NCBI GenBank assembly: GCA_040220235.1
Contig: JAVJTO010000004.1
Direction: 5' to 3' (one strand)
Length of the DNA stretch: 64,000 bases
DNA from: Coleofasciculus sp. B1-GNL1-01
Lineage (GTDB): Bacteria > Cyanobacteriota > Cyanobacteriia > Cyanobacteriales > Coleofasciculaceae
The notes under the pieces: generated by a model
Told to the model about the DNA's origin: nothing
What the model saw: the letters and a program-made list of their open reading frames with translations, nothing else
The model's database searches: none
Part shown: one piece after another, positions 10,164-20,330 of the stretch
How the letters are laid out: the number at the start of each line of letters is the position of its first letter
Numbering within the stretch: the stretch's first letter is position 1
Position numbers and translations under genes: made by a program

Positions 10164-11189
10164 ATGAAAATTTTGCTCTCATCCAGGTTGTTTCATCCGA
10201 GCTTAGGTGGCAGTCAGAAAAGTGCAGAACTTTTGGCTCGTGAATTTATAAACCTGGGACAAGAAGTTAAAGTTGTCACCCAAACTATTGGTAGTAATAC
10301 CGCTGCAGATGGTTCCCTGTTTCCATTTGATGTCATTCGCCAACCCAATCCTATACAGTTACTTAAACTTGTCCATTGGTGCGATGTATATTTTCATAAT
10401 GGTATCAGCTTGAGGGATGCTTGGCCGCTTCTTATAATTAGAAAACCTTGGATCATTCGGCATTTATCCTGGCTCCCCTCTGTTGGTATTAGTCATTCAT
10501 CCTTGAGGGGGCGTCTGAAACATTTTATTATCCGATTTTCGGTATCGACTGCAGTCAGTAAAGCAATCGCAGCTCATTTAAGATATCCTTCTACTGTGAT
10601 TCCTAGTCCTTATCTTGATGATTTATTCCGTTTCATTCCTGAAATTAATAGAGACAAAGAACTCATTTTTTTGGGACGGTTAGTTTCGGACAAAGGCGTA
10701 GGATTGTTACTGGAGGCACTGTTTAAGTTAAGAGATAGTGGATTGAAGCCTAAGTTAACAATTATTGGTCAAGGTTCCGAAGAGTATAAGTTGCATCAAA
10801 AAGCTATAGATTTGGGAATCCAAGAGCAAGTGTATTTTATGGGTACAAAGGTTGGCGAAGAACTGGTAGAGATACTCAATGAACATCAGATTATGATTGT
10901 TCCTTCACGGTGGAACGAACCTTCAGGAGGTGTGGCTACGGAAGGAATTGCCTGTGGTTGCGTTGTTGTGGGATCAGAGGGGGGAGGTTTAAAAGATATG
11001 ATTGGTCCTTGTGGACTCACTTTCCCCAATGGGAATGTCAACGCATTAACCGAAATTCTGTTGGATTTATTGAAAAATCCCGATAAAATTGCAACTTACA
11101 GAGCAAAAGCCGCCAAGCATTTGCTAAGCTACAAGAAAAAGACTGTGGCAAAAGCATATTTACAAGTTCTTGAGGCTGCTGTTCAATGA
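10164..11189 (+). CDS. Glycosyltransferase family 4
   Basis: FLGRLVSDKG and EPSGGVATE motifs; ATG 10164 chosen because the track start lies inside the MITE. Confidence 0.9.
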   Translation: MKILLSSRLFHPSLGGSQKSAELLAREFINLGQEVKVVTQTIGSNTAADGSLFPFDVIRQPNPIQLLKLVHWCDVYFHNGISLRDAWPLLIIRKPWIIRHLSWLPSVGISHSSLRGRLKHFIIRFSVSTAVSKAIAAHLRYPSTVIPSPYLDDLFRFIPEINRDKELIFLGRLVSDKGVGLLLEALFKLRDSGLKPKLTIIGQGSEEYKLHQKAIDLGIQEQVYFMGTKVGEELVEILNEHQIMIVPSRWNEPSGGVATEGIACGCVVVGSEGGGLKDMIGPCGLTFPNGNVNALTEILLDLLKNPDKIATYRAKAAKHLLSYKKKTVAKAYLQVLEAAVQ

Positions 11190-12595
11190 AATTGCTAATC
11201 GGTCTGTTAGCTGCTATAGTTATATTCTATATTTCATCCCTTAACTGGCGTCACACCGTTAAGGCAGTTTTATTCATTTTGGTGGTTGAAGGAGCATTGC
11301 GAAAATGGATATTTCCGCAAGCGAGCGACCTGATATATTTCTTGAAAGATTTTCTACTTTTAGGAGCTTACTTGAGTTACTTTGGATTTTTAAAATCTAC
11401 TAGACAATCCCGGGTTAAAAATTTATGGATAAATATGCTAATTTTTTTTGTTACAGGTTGGTGTATATTTCAAGCTTTTAATCCCAGTTTAGGGTCGCTG
11501 GTTGTCGGCATTTTTGGACTCAGAGGATACTTGCTTTATATTCCCTTAATTTGGATAATACCAAATCTGTTTCAATCAAGGGGAGAACTAGAACAGTTTC
11601 TGCGTTCACACCTTTTACTAGTGATTCCTGTGGGCATCTTGGGAATTGCCCAATTCTTTAGTCCACCGTCGAGTCCAATTAATGTCTACGCCCCCGGAGA
11701 CGTGGCAGATGTTGCCACATTTGGAGGAGGAACGGGTATTGTCCGAGTGACCGGTACTTTTTCCTACCTCAGCGGTTTCTCTGTCTATTTATTAGTCTGT
11801 TTTGCTTTACTAATACCTCTAGTTTCCCTCAAACAATCTCGCAGGTGGCAGTCTATCTATATTACTGAGCTGCTTTTAGTAGTGGTCAATTCTTTTATGA
11901 CGGGTTCACGAGGTTTGATCATCTCTGAGATTTTGTTTCTGTTTGGTTATTTTGGTATCAGAGCCTTTATTCTGCCTTCAGGTGTTGTGCGCTTAATCAA
12001 ACGGTTCTTTGTACCCATCCTTGGCATTTCTCTGGCTGTTACCTTTTGGTTCCAACCAGCTATTGAGGTATTTTGGATGCGCACTACTTCTAACCAAGAT
12101 TTGCCTGAACGCATTCAGAGAAACTTGACACAACCGTTTGAATTTTTCCAGTATAAAGCACTGGATGGCTATGGTACGGGAGCAACTCACCAAGCGACGC
12201 CAGCCCTGCGTGCAGCTCTGGATCTGCCAAGAGGAGAGTTAATTCCTACCCAATTTGAAGGAGAAATGGGTAAAGTTTCATTAGAAATTGGTCCTATTGG
12301 TTTTTTTCTGTGGTATGCTTTAAGAGCTAGTCTAGTGGTATATTTGGGTTTACTTGTATGGAAATTAAAAATACCATTCTTGCGTCAATTAGCCCTTGCT
12401 GCCTTTCTAATCCATGCCATCAATCTCCGTGGACAAGTAGTTTTTAATCACACATTTTCGATTTATTACTGGTTTCTGGCGGGCTTCATCTTTTTGTTGC
12501 CTAGACTGGAACAGATAGAAAGTTGGCAACAGTACCACCAACAGTTTAAATTCCATGGTCAAATCCCAAATTTCCCTCATTCATCCAACCAGTAA
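11186..12595 (+). CDS. Wzy/O-antigen ligase-like polytopic membrane protein
   Basis: About 11 hydrophobic segments; RVTGTFS, TGSRG and GYGTG motifs; flanked by glycosyltransferases. Confidence 0.75.
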   Translation: MKLLIGLLAAIVIFYISSLNWRHTVKAVLFILVVEGALRKWIFPQASDLIYFLKDFLLLGAYLSYFGFLKSTRQSRVKNLWINMLIFFVTGWCIFQAFNPSLGSLVVGIFGLRGYLLYIPLIWIIPNLFQSRGELEQFLRSHLLLVIPVGILGIAQFFSPPSSPINVYAPGDVADVATFGGGTGIVRVTGTFSYLSGFSVYLLVCFALLIPLVSLKQSRRWQSIYITELLLVVVNSFMTGSRGLIISEILFLFGYFGIRAFILPSGVVRLIKRFFVPILGISLAVTFWFQPAIEVFWMRTTSNQDLPERIQRNLTQPFEFFQYKALDGYGTGATHQATPALRAALDLPRGELIPTQFEGEMGKVSLEIGPIGFFLWYALRASLVVYLGLLVWKLKIPFLRQLALAAFLIHAINLRGQVVFNHTFSIYYWFLAGFIFLLPRLEQIESWQQYHQQFKFHGQIPNFPHSSNQ

Positions 12596-13814
12596 TCCCT
12601 TTGCTCGCAATGCGGCAATCGCTTTAGCGGAAGCGGGTTTACTAGAGGAAGTAATCACAACGTTTATTTACAATCCTCAAGGAACTATTGCATCTTACTT
12701 AAGACTATTTCCCTCACAACTCAGGAAATCTATTGTCCAAGAACTAGGACGGCGCACTTGGATATCTCCAAATGGAGTACCTATAAGAATAAGAACCCAT
12801 CCCTGGCGAGAAATCCTACGAGTAGCCCTGGTAAAAACAGGTCTTGGTCAGCGTTTAGGCTTTGGACAACATGGACCTATCGATTGGGTTTATGCTTGCC
12901 TAGATCGCCACGTTGCTAAGTATCATCTTCAAAACCTTGATGCTGTTTACGGTTACGAAGATGGTGCAGCTACTACGTTTCAAACTGCTAAGCAAAGAGG
13001 CATCCTGTGCTTATATGATCTACCTATTCCCTTTTACCGCTTGAGTCGAGCTATCCAATTGGAAGAAGCCGAACGATTTCCGGAGTTAGCACCAGCACTG
13101 CAAGCGATTCAGGAGCCTGCTTGGAAGATTGAGCGTAAGGAGCAGGAAGTCCAGTTAGCTGATCATATATTTGTAGCATCTTCATTTACTAAAACATCTT
13201 TACTAGAGGTTGGTGTAAAATCTGAAAAAATTAGTATTATTCCCTACGGTGCGCCAACTGACTATTTTCAACCTAAACCCAAATCGGATAAACTGTTCCG
13301 AGCTTTATTTGTGGGTCGTGTTAGTCCCCGAAAAGGAGTTCACTATTTACTAGAAGCATGGCAGCAATTAAAGTTACCTGAAGCCGAGTTGTTGTTGGTT
13401 GGAATTAACGAATTTCCTCAAGGCTGGCTCGCTCAGTATAGTGATGCTTTTAGCTATATTCCCTCTGTACCTCATAACTCGTTAAATCAATACTACAGTG
13501 CTGCTAGTGTTTTTGTTTTTCCATCCTTAGTTGAAGGGTTTGGGCTAGTACTCTTAGAAGCAATGGCTTGTGGTATTCCTGTAATTACTACACCTAACAC
13601 AGCAGGCTCTGATATCATTACCAATGGTGTAGAAGGTTTTATTATACCTATTAGAAGCGTAGAAGCCTTAAAGGAAAAACTGGAGTGGTGCTATAGTCAT
13701 CCCCTAGAGTTGGCTCGTATGGCACAAGCCGCTCATTGTAAAGCCGAAGAAAATACATGGAAAGTTTACCGCAAAAAAATGGCAACTATAGTGCAGAAGA
13801 TTTTATTTGATTAA
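12555..13814 (+). CDS. Glycosyltransferase family 4
   Basis: FVGRVSPRKG and EGFGLVLLEAMACG motifs. Confidence 0.92.
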   Translation: MVKSQISLIHPTSNPFARNAAIALAEAGLLEEVITTFIYNPQGTIASYLRLFPSQLRKSIVQELGRRTWISPNGVPIRIRTHPWREILRVALVKTGLGQRLGFGQHGPIDWVYACLDRHVAKYHLQNLDAVYGYEDGAATTFQTAKQRGILCLYDLPIPFYRLSRAIQLEEAERFPELAPALQAIQEPAWKIERKEQEVQLADHIFVASSFTKTSLLEVGVKSEKISIIPYGAPTDYFQPKPKSDKLFRALFVGRVSPRKGVHYLLEAWQQLKLPEAELLLVGINEFPQGWLAQYSDAFSYIPSVPHNSLNQYYSAASVFVFPSLVEGFGLVLLEAMACGIPVITTPNTAGSDIITNGVEGFIIPIRSVEALKEKLEWCYSHPLELARMAQAAHCKAEENTWKVYRKKMATIVQKILFD

Positions 13815-13883
13815 AATATTTATATTTATTTGTCTTGATCCTCCTACGTTAAAAATCAATTAAATATTAAAAAAACTAAAAAA

Positions 13884-15026
13884 ATGAAAGAAATACATTT
13901 ATGGAGTCCTAATATATTTAATTTCAAAGGTGGCATCCAATTGTTTTTAGATACCTTCATAAAGGTAATGCAGCAAATTGCTCCAAATAAAAACTATCAT
14001 ATTTTCCTGAAACACGATAATAGATTGTATTCAAAAATACCATTTTATAGAAATACAAAATTTCACTTTTATGGGCAATTATTCTTGCCATTAAGAACAT
14101 TTATATTTGCTGTTAATATTTTAATTTATGGATTCTGGAAACAGCCAACTCTAATTATAGCAGGTCATGTCAATTTCACGCCAGTTGCTTATTGGCTAAA
14201 ATGTATAGTTGGAGTTCCATATTGGATAATAGTTTATGGTGTAGATGCTTGGAATATTGAGCGTCCAGCCCTAAAGACTGCTCTAGCTAATGCCGAATAC
14301 ATCCTTTCCATCAGTAGTTACACCCGTGATCGCCTCCTCAAAGAGCAAAATATCGACCCAGCTAAAATTTCACTTTTACCCTGTACTTTAAATGCCGATC
14401 AATTTAAAGTTACTTCTAAACCTCAATATTTACTAAAACGGTATGGACTGACAGCAAATCAACCGATTATTTTGACTGTAGCTAGATTAGACAGTAGCGA
14501 GAAATACAAAGGATATGATAAGATTCTGCTAGCCCTACCGGAAATTCGTAATAAAATTCTAGATGTTCACTATATCCTAGTTGGTAAGGGAAGCGATCGC
14601 GCCCGCATTGAACAACTCATCACCAGCCTCAACCTCCAAGATTGTGTTACCTTAACGGGCTTTGTTCCCGATGAGGAATTGTGTGATCATTATAATCTTT
14701 GTGATGTGTTTGCTATGCCCAGTAAAGGTGAGGGATTTGGCATTGTTTACCTAGAAGCCCTAGCTTGTGGTAAGCCTACCATTGGTGGCAATCAGGATGG
14801 AGCAATCGATGCACTTTGTCAAGGAGAATTGGGTGTGTTGGTCGATCCTGATAATATAGAGGAGATAACCAAAACCATCATTCAAATCTTGCAAGGTATC
14901 TATCCCCATCCCCTCCTTTATCAACCTGAACTACTGCGCCAGAAAGTTATCAAAACTTATGGGTTTGAGCGCTTTAAAGAAACTTTGGCAGAATTACTCC
15001 AAACAACGGAACTGGGAGTGCAATAG
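13884..15026 (+). CDS. Glycosyltransferase family 4
   Basis: VARL..YKG and EGFGIVYLEALACG motifs. Confidence 0.92.
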   Translation: MKEIHLWSPNIFNFKGGIQLFLDTFIKVMQQIAPNKNYHIFLKHDNRLYSKIPFYRNTKFHFYGQLFLPLRTFIFAVNILIYGFWKQPTLIIAGHVNFTPVAYWLKCIVGVPYWIIVYGVDAWNIERPALKTALANAEYILSISSYTRDRLLKEQNIDPAKISLLPCTLNADQFKVTSKPQYLLKRYGLTANQPIILTVARLDSSEKYKGYDKILLALPEIRNKILDVHYILVGKGSDRARIEQLITSLNLQDCVTLTGFVPDEELCDHYNLCDVFAMPSKGEGFGIVYLEALACGKPTIGGNQDGAIDALCQGELGVLVDPDNIEEITKTIIQILQGIYPHPLLYQPELLRQKVIKTYGFERFKETLAELLQTTELGVQ

Positions 15027-16226
15027 GTGAAAGTTCTACACGTTATTCCCTCCGTTAGTCCAGCTTTAGGGGGTCCTACACAGGTTGTACTTAACTTAGT
15101 TCAAGTATTGCGAAAATGGGGTATTGATGCTGAAATTGTCACCACTAATGACAACGGTGCAAGACTTTTAGATGTACCATTAAATCAACGCATTACATAT
15201 AGACAGGTTCCTGTTTGGTTTCTGCCGCGATTTTCTCCACCTTTAAAAGAGTTTATCTTTTCGACAGCACTGACTCAATGGTTGTGGCAGCATATTCAGG
15301 ACTATGATATCCTAGACAACCATTATCTTTTCTCCTACGCCTCCACCTGTGCTGGTGCGATCGCTCGCTGGTATCAAATTCCCTATACCGTCCGTACCAT
15401 GGGTCAACTCAGCCCTTGGGCATTGGAGCAAAGTAGGTTAAAAAAACAACTATACACCTTCCTAATTGAACGTCGCAATCTCAACCGTTCTGCTGCTATT
15501 CACTGCACATCAGCTAGTGAAGCCCAAGATGTGCGTAACTTTGGCATTCCAACTCCCACCGTTACCCTTCCTCTAGGGGTGAACTTACTTCCAGATTTCC
15601 CGGAAGCTAAACAGAATTTACGTCATCGCTATGGAATACCGAATCAAAAGCCAATTGTACTGTTTTTATCTCGCCTGCACTATAAAAAGCGTCCCGGTTT
15701 GTTAATCCAAGCCCTTAGCAAACTCACTGTTCAAAACTATGATTTTCACCTGATATTGGCGGGTTCAGGTGAACCAGACTATGTGAATCATCTACAAAAA
15801 TTAGTTGCCTCTCTTGGTTTAGTGAAATATACATCATTTGCGGGTTTTGTTACGGGTGAAGATAAAAACTTACTCCTTCAAGGTTCTGATATTTTTGTCC
15901 TCCCTTCTTTTTCCGAAAATTTCGGAGTAGCAGTAGCCGAAGCCATGGCGGCGGGATTACCCGTGATTGTTACGCCGGGAGTACAAATTTCACCCGAAAT
16001 TGCTGAAGCCAACGCGGGATTAGTTGTAGAGGGAGATGTTGAGACTCTTGCTGATGCGATCGCGACTTTGCTAAACTCTCCTCATCTACGCCATGAACTC
16101 GGCGAGAATGGCAAGCGCTTGGTGAGTCATCGATATTCCTGGAAGGTGATCGCTCAAAATCTGATTTCTGTCTATACTGCAATAATCGAGGGGAAACCTT
16201 TGCCGGATCATCTCAGTAATTATTGA
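15027..16226 (+). CDS. Glycosyltransferase family 4
   Basis: FLSRLHYKK and ENFGVAVAEAMAAG motifs. Confidence 0.92.
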   Translation: MKVLHVIPSVSPALGGPTQVVLNLVQVLRKWGIDAEIVTTNDNGARLLDVPLNQRITYRQVPVWFLPRFSPPLKEFIFSTALTQWLWQHIQDYDILDNHYLFSYASTCAGAIARWYQIPYTVRTMGQLSPWALEQSRLKKQLYTFLIERRNLNRSAAIHCTSASEAQDVRNFGIPTPTVTLPLGVNLLPDFPEAKQNLRHRYGIPNQKPIVLFLSRLHYKKRPGLLIQALSKLTVQNYDFHLILAGSGEPDYVNHLQKLVASLGLVKYTSFAGFVTGEDKNLLLQGSDIFVLPSFSENFGVAVAEAMAAGLPVIVTPGVQISPEIAEANAGLVVEGDVETLADAIATLLNSPHLRHELGENGKRLVSHRYSWKVIAQNLISVYTAIIEGKPLPDHLSNY

Positions 16227-16891
16227 TCAGCCGTCAAATCAGTGACATTTCCCCCTATCCCGCTAGTACAAATATTCTGGTGAAAATCTGCCGTCATCAA
16301 TTTAAATGGAGATGCTGTTTAACCAGCGCTACTCTGATCCTGATCCTACTGAGTATCATTCCCCTGCGGCTGGCGATCGCACAATACCAATCCCCTCATC
16401 CCCAAGCTATTCTAACCTTAGGCGGTGGGCGCGATCGCGAACGATTCACCGCCCAATTTGCCCAAACTCACCCCTCCCTAGATATCTGGGTGTCTAGTGG
16501 TTCACCCCCAGACGTTTTGTATGCTATTTTCCAAAACGCCAATATTCCGATCCAGCGCATTCATCTCGACTATCGCGCTGTTGATACCGTCACCAATTTT
16601 ACCTCCCTAGTGGCTGACTTCAAACGCCACCAAATCCAACATATCTACCTAATCACCTCAGACTATCATATCCCTAGAGCCAAAGCGATCGCGACTCTTG
16701 TCCTTGGAAGCCAAAGCATCACTTTCACCCCAGTCGCCGTACCCTCCAACCAACCCCCTGAATCCTGGCTACGGATTCTTCGTGATAGCATTCGCGCCCT
16801 ACTCTGGATTATCACAGGTCATACTGGCGCTAGACTTAAACCACAATTGATTTCCTTTGTCCTTCGTTATTTATCCTTTGTCCTTTGTTAG
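16223..16891 (+). CDS. YdcF/DUF218 (ElyC/SanA-like) family protein
   Basis: N-terminal TM segment; LGGG, AVDTVTNF and LITSDYHIPRA motifs; start uncertain (possibly GTG 16280). Confidence 0.85.
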   Translation: MISRQISDISPYPASTNILVKICRHQFKWRCCLTSATLILILLSIIPLRLAIAQYQSPHPQAILTLGGGRDRERFTAQFAQTHPSLDIWVSSGSPPDVLYAIFQNANIPIQRIHLDYRAVDTVTNFTSLVADFKRHQIQHIYLITSDYHIPRAKAIATLVLGSQSITFTPVAVPSNQPPESWLRILRDSIRALLWIITGHTGARLKPQLISFVLRYLSFVLC

Positions 16892-16897
16892 TTGTCA

Positions 16898-17000
16898 TAT
16901 AGCAATCCTATTTAGGTTGTGGCAATTTTCAAAAATGAAACCCTTGCTATACCTGGGTTTCGAGCATTTCGCTTGTTGCATCCTATTTAGGATTGCTATA
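16898..17000. mobile_element. 103-bp MITE-like element, copy 2
   Basis: Perfect 13-bp terminal inverted repeat TATAGCAATCCTA/TAGGATTGCTATA; same length and orientation as copy 1. Confidence 0.8.
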
Positions 17001-17220
17001 TCATTGACTTAAAACGAATATTGTTGACTTAAGAGAAATATCGTTAACTTGGACACTAGAAAAGGAATTTATTCTCTTTAAGCTTAAAGTAAAAATCAAG
17101 CTTATTAGGTAATTATAGCAAATCGCTAGGCGTGTATTTACAACTCCCGTACCTGAAACTGAGTCCAGATGGGATGTTTGTACAAACAAAGTGTAACTAG
17201 ACCAGCGCGAAGCGCTATAA

Positions 17221-17276
17221 TTTAACCCGTTTTAACGGGTTTTAGCTTTTAGCCCGAACTTGAGTTCAGGGCTTTA
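17221..17276. repeat. Double-hairpin REP-like repeat
   Basis: AACCCGTTTTAACGGGTT plus AGCCCGAACTTGAGTTCAGGGCT; reverse-complement relative at about 45310-45362. Confidence 0.7.
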
Positions 17277-17284
17277 GTCAGTGC

Positions 17285-18700
17285 TTACCCACCACTATTC
17301 ATCGCCATCACGATAAAACGCAGCACAAAAATCCCCGCCAAAACCCACACCGCGATCGCGACTTCCTGGGCTTTCCCCTGAAAGCCTTTAATTAACGGGT
17401 AAGTAATCAATCCAATCGCCAAACCTTCCGCGATCGAATACGTCAATGGCATCATTAAAATCGTTAAAAAGGAAGGAATTGATTCTGCTGGATCATCCCA
17501 GTGAATCCCCCGCAAATTCCCCGCCATTAATACTCCCACAATTACCAATGCTGGCGTCGTGGCAAACGGCGGAATTCCGGAAAGTAACGGAATAAAAAAT
17601 ATCGAACCCATAAACAAAAACGCCACAACAACAGCCGTAAACCCCGTGCGCCCCCCTTCCGTAATCCCTGAAGCTGACTCAATATACGTCGTCACCGTCG
17701 AGGTTCCCAAAACCGCCCCTACTGTTGTCCCCACCGCATCCGCCATCAATGCTTGATTCGCCCTAGGCAATTCCCCTTGTTCGTTAATATAGCCCGCCTG
17801 CATCCCCACCCCAGTCAGCGTACCCACGGTGTCAAATAAATCCACAAACAGAAACACAAACACCACCGCCAGGAAATCCCAGCTATTCACCTGATTGATT
17901 TTAGCCAATCCCGCGATCGCAACTCCGACTAAATCCACGGGTAACTCAGGAACACCAATAATCCCCTGGGGTAACGGAGACACGCCGAGAATCCAGGCTA
18001 GCGCCGCCGTTGCCAAAATCCCCCATAGCAGCGCCCCGGTGAGGCGACGGGCGACAAATGCGGAGGTAATTAGGATACCCGCGATTGCAATTAATGTCGA
18101 AGGTTGACTCAAGTCCCCTAATTTCGTTTTCGTCACCGCATCAGCAGCGATAATCCCCGCCCCACTTAAGGCAATATAGGCGATAAATAAGCCAATTCCA
18201 GCCGCCGTTGCCCGTTTCAGACAATCGGGGATCGCTTTGACGATTAAATGACGGACATTTGACAGGGTTAGGGCAATAAAAATCAACCCTTCGATTAAGA
18301 TAGCAGAAAGGGCAATTCGCCAGTCGATACCTAATCCCAATACCACCGAGTAGGTAAAAAAGGCATTAAGTCCCATACCGGGGGCAAGGGCAAGGGGATA
18401 ATTCGCCCACAATCCCATAACTAGGGTAGCAATTGCCGCAGAAAGTGCTGTGGCGATGACCAATTCATTAAACAAATCTCCTGATGCTTGTAAAAAAATG
18501 GCATCGGATAAAATTCCCGGATTCACGACTAAGATATAAGCCATCGTCATAAAGGTGGTGAACCCTGCCAATAGTTCTATGCGGATGGTGGTTTGGTATC
18601 GATCAAATTTAAATAATTTAGCCAAAACTCCCGGCTGTTTCGCTGGTTGTCCAGACGGATTAGCCGGGGAATGCTTCTGATTTGGATCATGATGACTCAT
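17285..18700 (-). CDS. NCS2/AzgA family purine permease
   Basis: TTFMTMAYILVVNP, APGMGLNAFF and YIESASGITEGGRTG motifs. Confidence 0.93.
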   Translation of the reverse strand: MSHHDPNQKHSPANPSGQPAKQPGVLAKLFKFDRYQTTIRIELLAGFTTFMTMAYILVVNPGILSDAIFLQASGDLFNELVIATALSAAIATLVMGLWANYPLALAPGMGLNAFFTYSVVLGLGIDWRIALSAILIEGLIFIALTLSNVRHLIVKAIPDCLKRATAAGIGLFIAYIALSGAGIIAADAVTKTKLGDLSQPSTLIAIAGILITSAFVARRLTGALLWGILATAALAWILGVSPLPQGIIGVPELPVDLVGVAIAGLAKINQVNSWDFLAVVFVFLFVDLFDTVGTLTGVGMQAGYINEQGELPRANQALMADAVGTTVGAVLGTSTVTTYIESASGITEGGRTGFTAVVVAFLFMGSIFFIPLLSGIPPFATTPALVIVGVLMAGNLRGIHWDDPAESIPSFLTILMMPLTYSIAEGLAIGLITYPLIKGFQGKAQEVAIAVWVLAGIFVLRFIVMAMNSGG

Positions 18701-18743
18701 AAGTGTCGCCTGAGATGCCCTAAGATTTAGCCATTAGTATTAT

Positions 18744-20294
18744 ATGATTGGAAATTATAAATTATATCACTTATCAAAATATTGGTTTCGTCTTGGATTA
18801 ATCGCTATTTTTTTAGCCTCAGTCCTACTCCGATTTTGGGGATTAGGTCGATTTAATACGCTGGTATTTGACGAGGTGTATTACGCCAAATTTGCCAATA
18901 ATTACTTAACCGGAACAGAGTTTTTCAATGCTCACCCGCCCTTGAGCCAATATATTATCGCGATCGGGATGTGGCTGGGTTCTCATTTACCCTGGGATCA
19001 GCCGTCCATGAATGGTTTGGCGGGTTCATTACGATCGACCTGGAGTTATCGTTGGCTGAATGCGCTCACGGGTTCGTTTATCCCCTTAGTTGTCGCCGGA
19101 ATTGCCTATCAGCTTAATCGGCGTCGCAGCTATGCGTTAATCGCCGCTTTGTTAGCTGGGGCGGATGGTCTATTTTTAGTTGAGTCTCGCTACGCCCTGA
19201 ATAATGTCTATTTGGTTATTTTGGGATTATTGGGGAATTTATGTTTGTTAATCGCACTCAATCAATCTCAGTCGAAACGCTGGATAATTTTGGCATTATC
19301 AGGGGCTTTTTTCGGCGCATCTGCTTGTATTAAATGGAATGGCTTATGGTTTTTATTCGGGGTTTATCTACTGTGGGGGATGGCTGGGTTGCTTCAGTGG
19401 AGAGGAGATAGTTCAAAGTTTAAACCTTGGGTTGACGCAGGTTTAATTGCATCTGGGTCAAAAAGAGACAATAGTAGTGAAACCCGCCCCTACAAACCAT
19501 GCACTCCAGCGAAGCGAAGGGTCAACACTCAACACTCAATACTTAAAACTTCCTTAGTTAATTTAACTCAATTAAACGGGATTCAATTTTTAGTAAATTT
19601 TGCCATAATTCCGGCGTTGACGTATAGCTTGCTTTGGATTCCCCACCTAATTATGAATCCCCAACCCGGATTTTGGGAAGCCCACTATAGAATTTTGACG
19701 TTTCACGAAAAAATCGGTAGTGGACCCGATGTTCATCCCTACTGTTCTAAATGGTACACTTGGCTAATTATGCTGCGACCTGTGGCTTACTTTTACCAAA
19801 CTGCCCAAAATACCCGCGAACAAGTCCCGACTTACCCACCGTTACCCAAAGGATATGGTCAGGTGATTTATGATGTTCATGCGATGGGAAATCCTATCCT
19901 TTGGTGGCTATCAACATCAGCAATTTTATTGTTACTGTTGCTGTTGCTACAGCGTATTTGGTCAGGAATGTGTGGATATTTTCCACCCACAACGGTGAAT
20001 TATATTAGCCTCTATTTAGGTCTTAACTGGTTAGCTCAGTTACTCCCTTGGATTGGGGTCAGTCGCTGTACATTTTTATACCACTATATGGGAGCTTCTG
20101 TGTTTTCCGGGTTAGGGTTAGCTTGGCTAATTGACCGTTGGCTACATCGGGAGCAAGAATCTTGGCAAATCGCGGCGATAACGGTTATCAGTTTAATTCT
20201 GTTGGCATTTGTCTTTTGGTTACCGATTTATTTAGGATTACCTCTATCTCCTGAGGGTCATCAACTGCGAATGTGGTTCCGTTCTTGGATTTAG
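18744..20294 (+). CDS. Dolichyl-phosphate-mannose protein O-mannosyltransferase family (GT39/PMT)
   Basis: VFDEVYY, HPPL, KWNG, HPYCSKWYTW, GNP and FLYHY motifs. Confidence 0.9.
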   Translation: MIGNYKLYHLSKYWFRLGLIAIFLASVLLRFWGLGRFNTLVFDEVYYAKFANNYLTGTEFFNAHPPLSQYIIAIGMWLGSHLPWDQPSMNGLAGSLRSTWSYRWLNALTGSFIPLVVAGIAYQLNRRRSYALIAALLAGADGLFLVESRYALNNVYLVILGLLGNLCLLIALNQSQSKRWIILALSGAFFGASACIKWNGLWFLFGVYLLWGMAGLLQWRGDSSKFKPWVDAGLIASGSKRDNSSETRPYKPCTPAKRRVNTQHSILKTSLVNLTQLNGIQFLVNFAIIPALTYSLLWIPHLIMNPQPGFWEAHYRILTFHEKIGSGPDVHPYCSKWYTWLIMLRPVAYFYQTAQNTREQVPTYPPLPKGYGQVIYDVHAMGNPILWWLSTSAILLLLLLLLQRIWSGMCGYFPPTTVNYISLYLGLNWLAQLLPWIGVSRCTFLYHYMGASVFSGLGLAWLIDRWLHREQESWQIAAITVISLILLAFVFWLPIYLGLPLSPEGHQLRMWFRSWI

Positions 20295-20330
20295 ATTATT
20301 TTCATTTTTCATTGGTAATATCGGGCGCTT

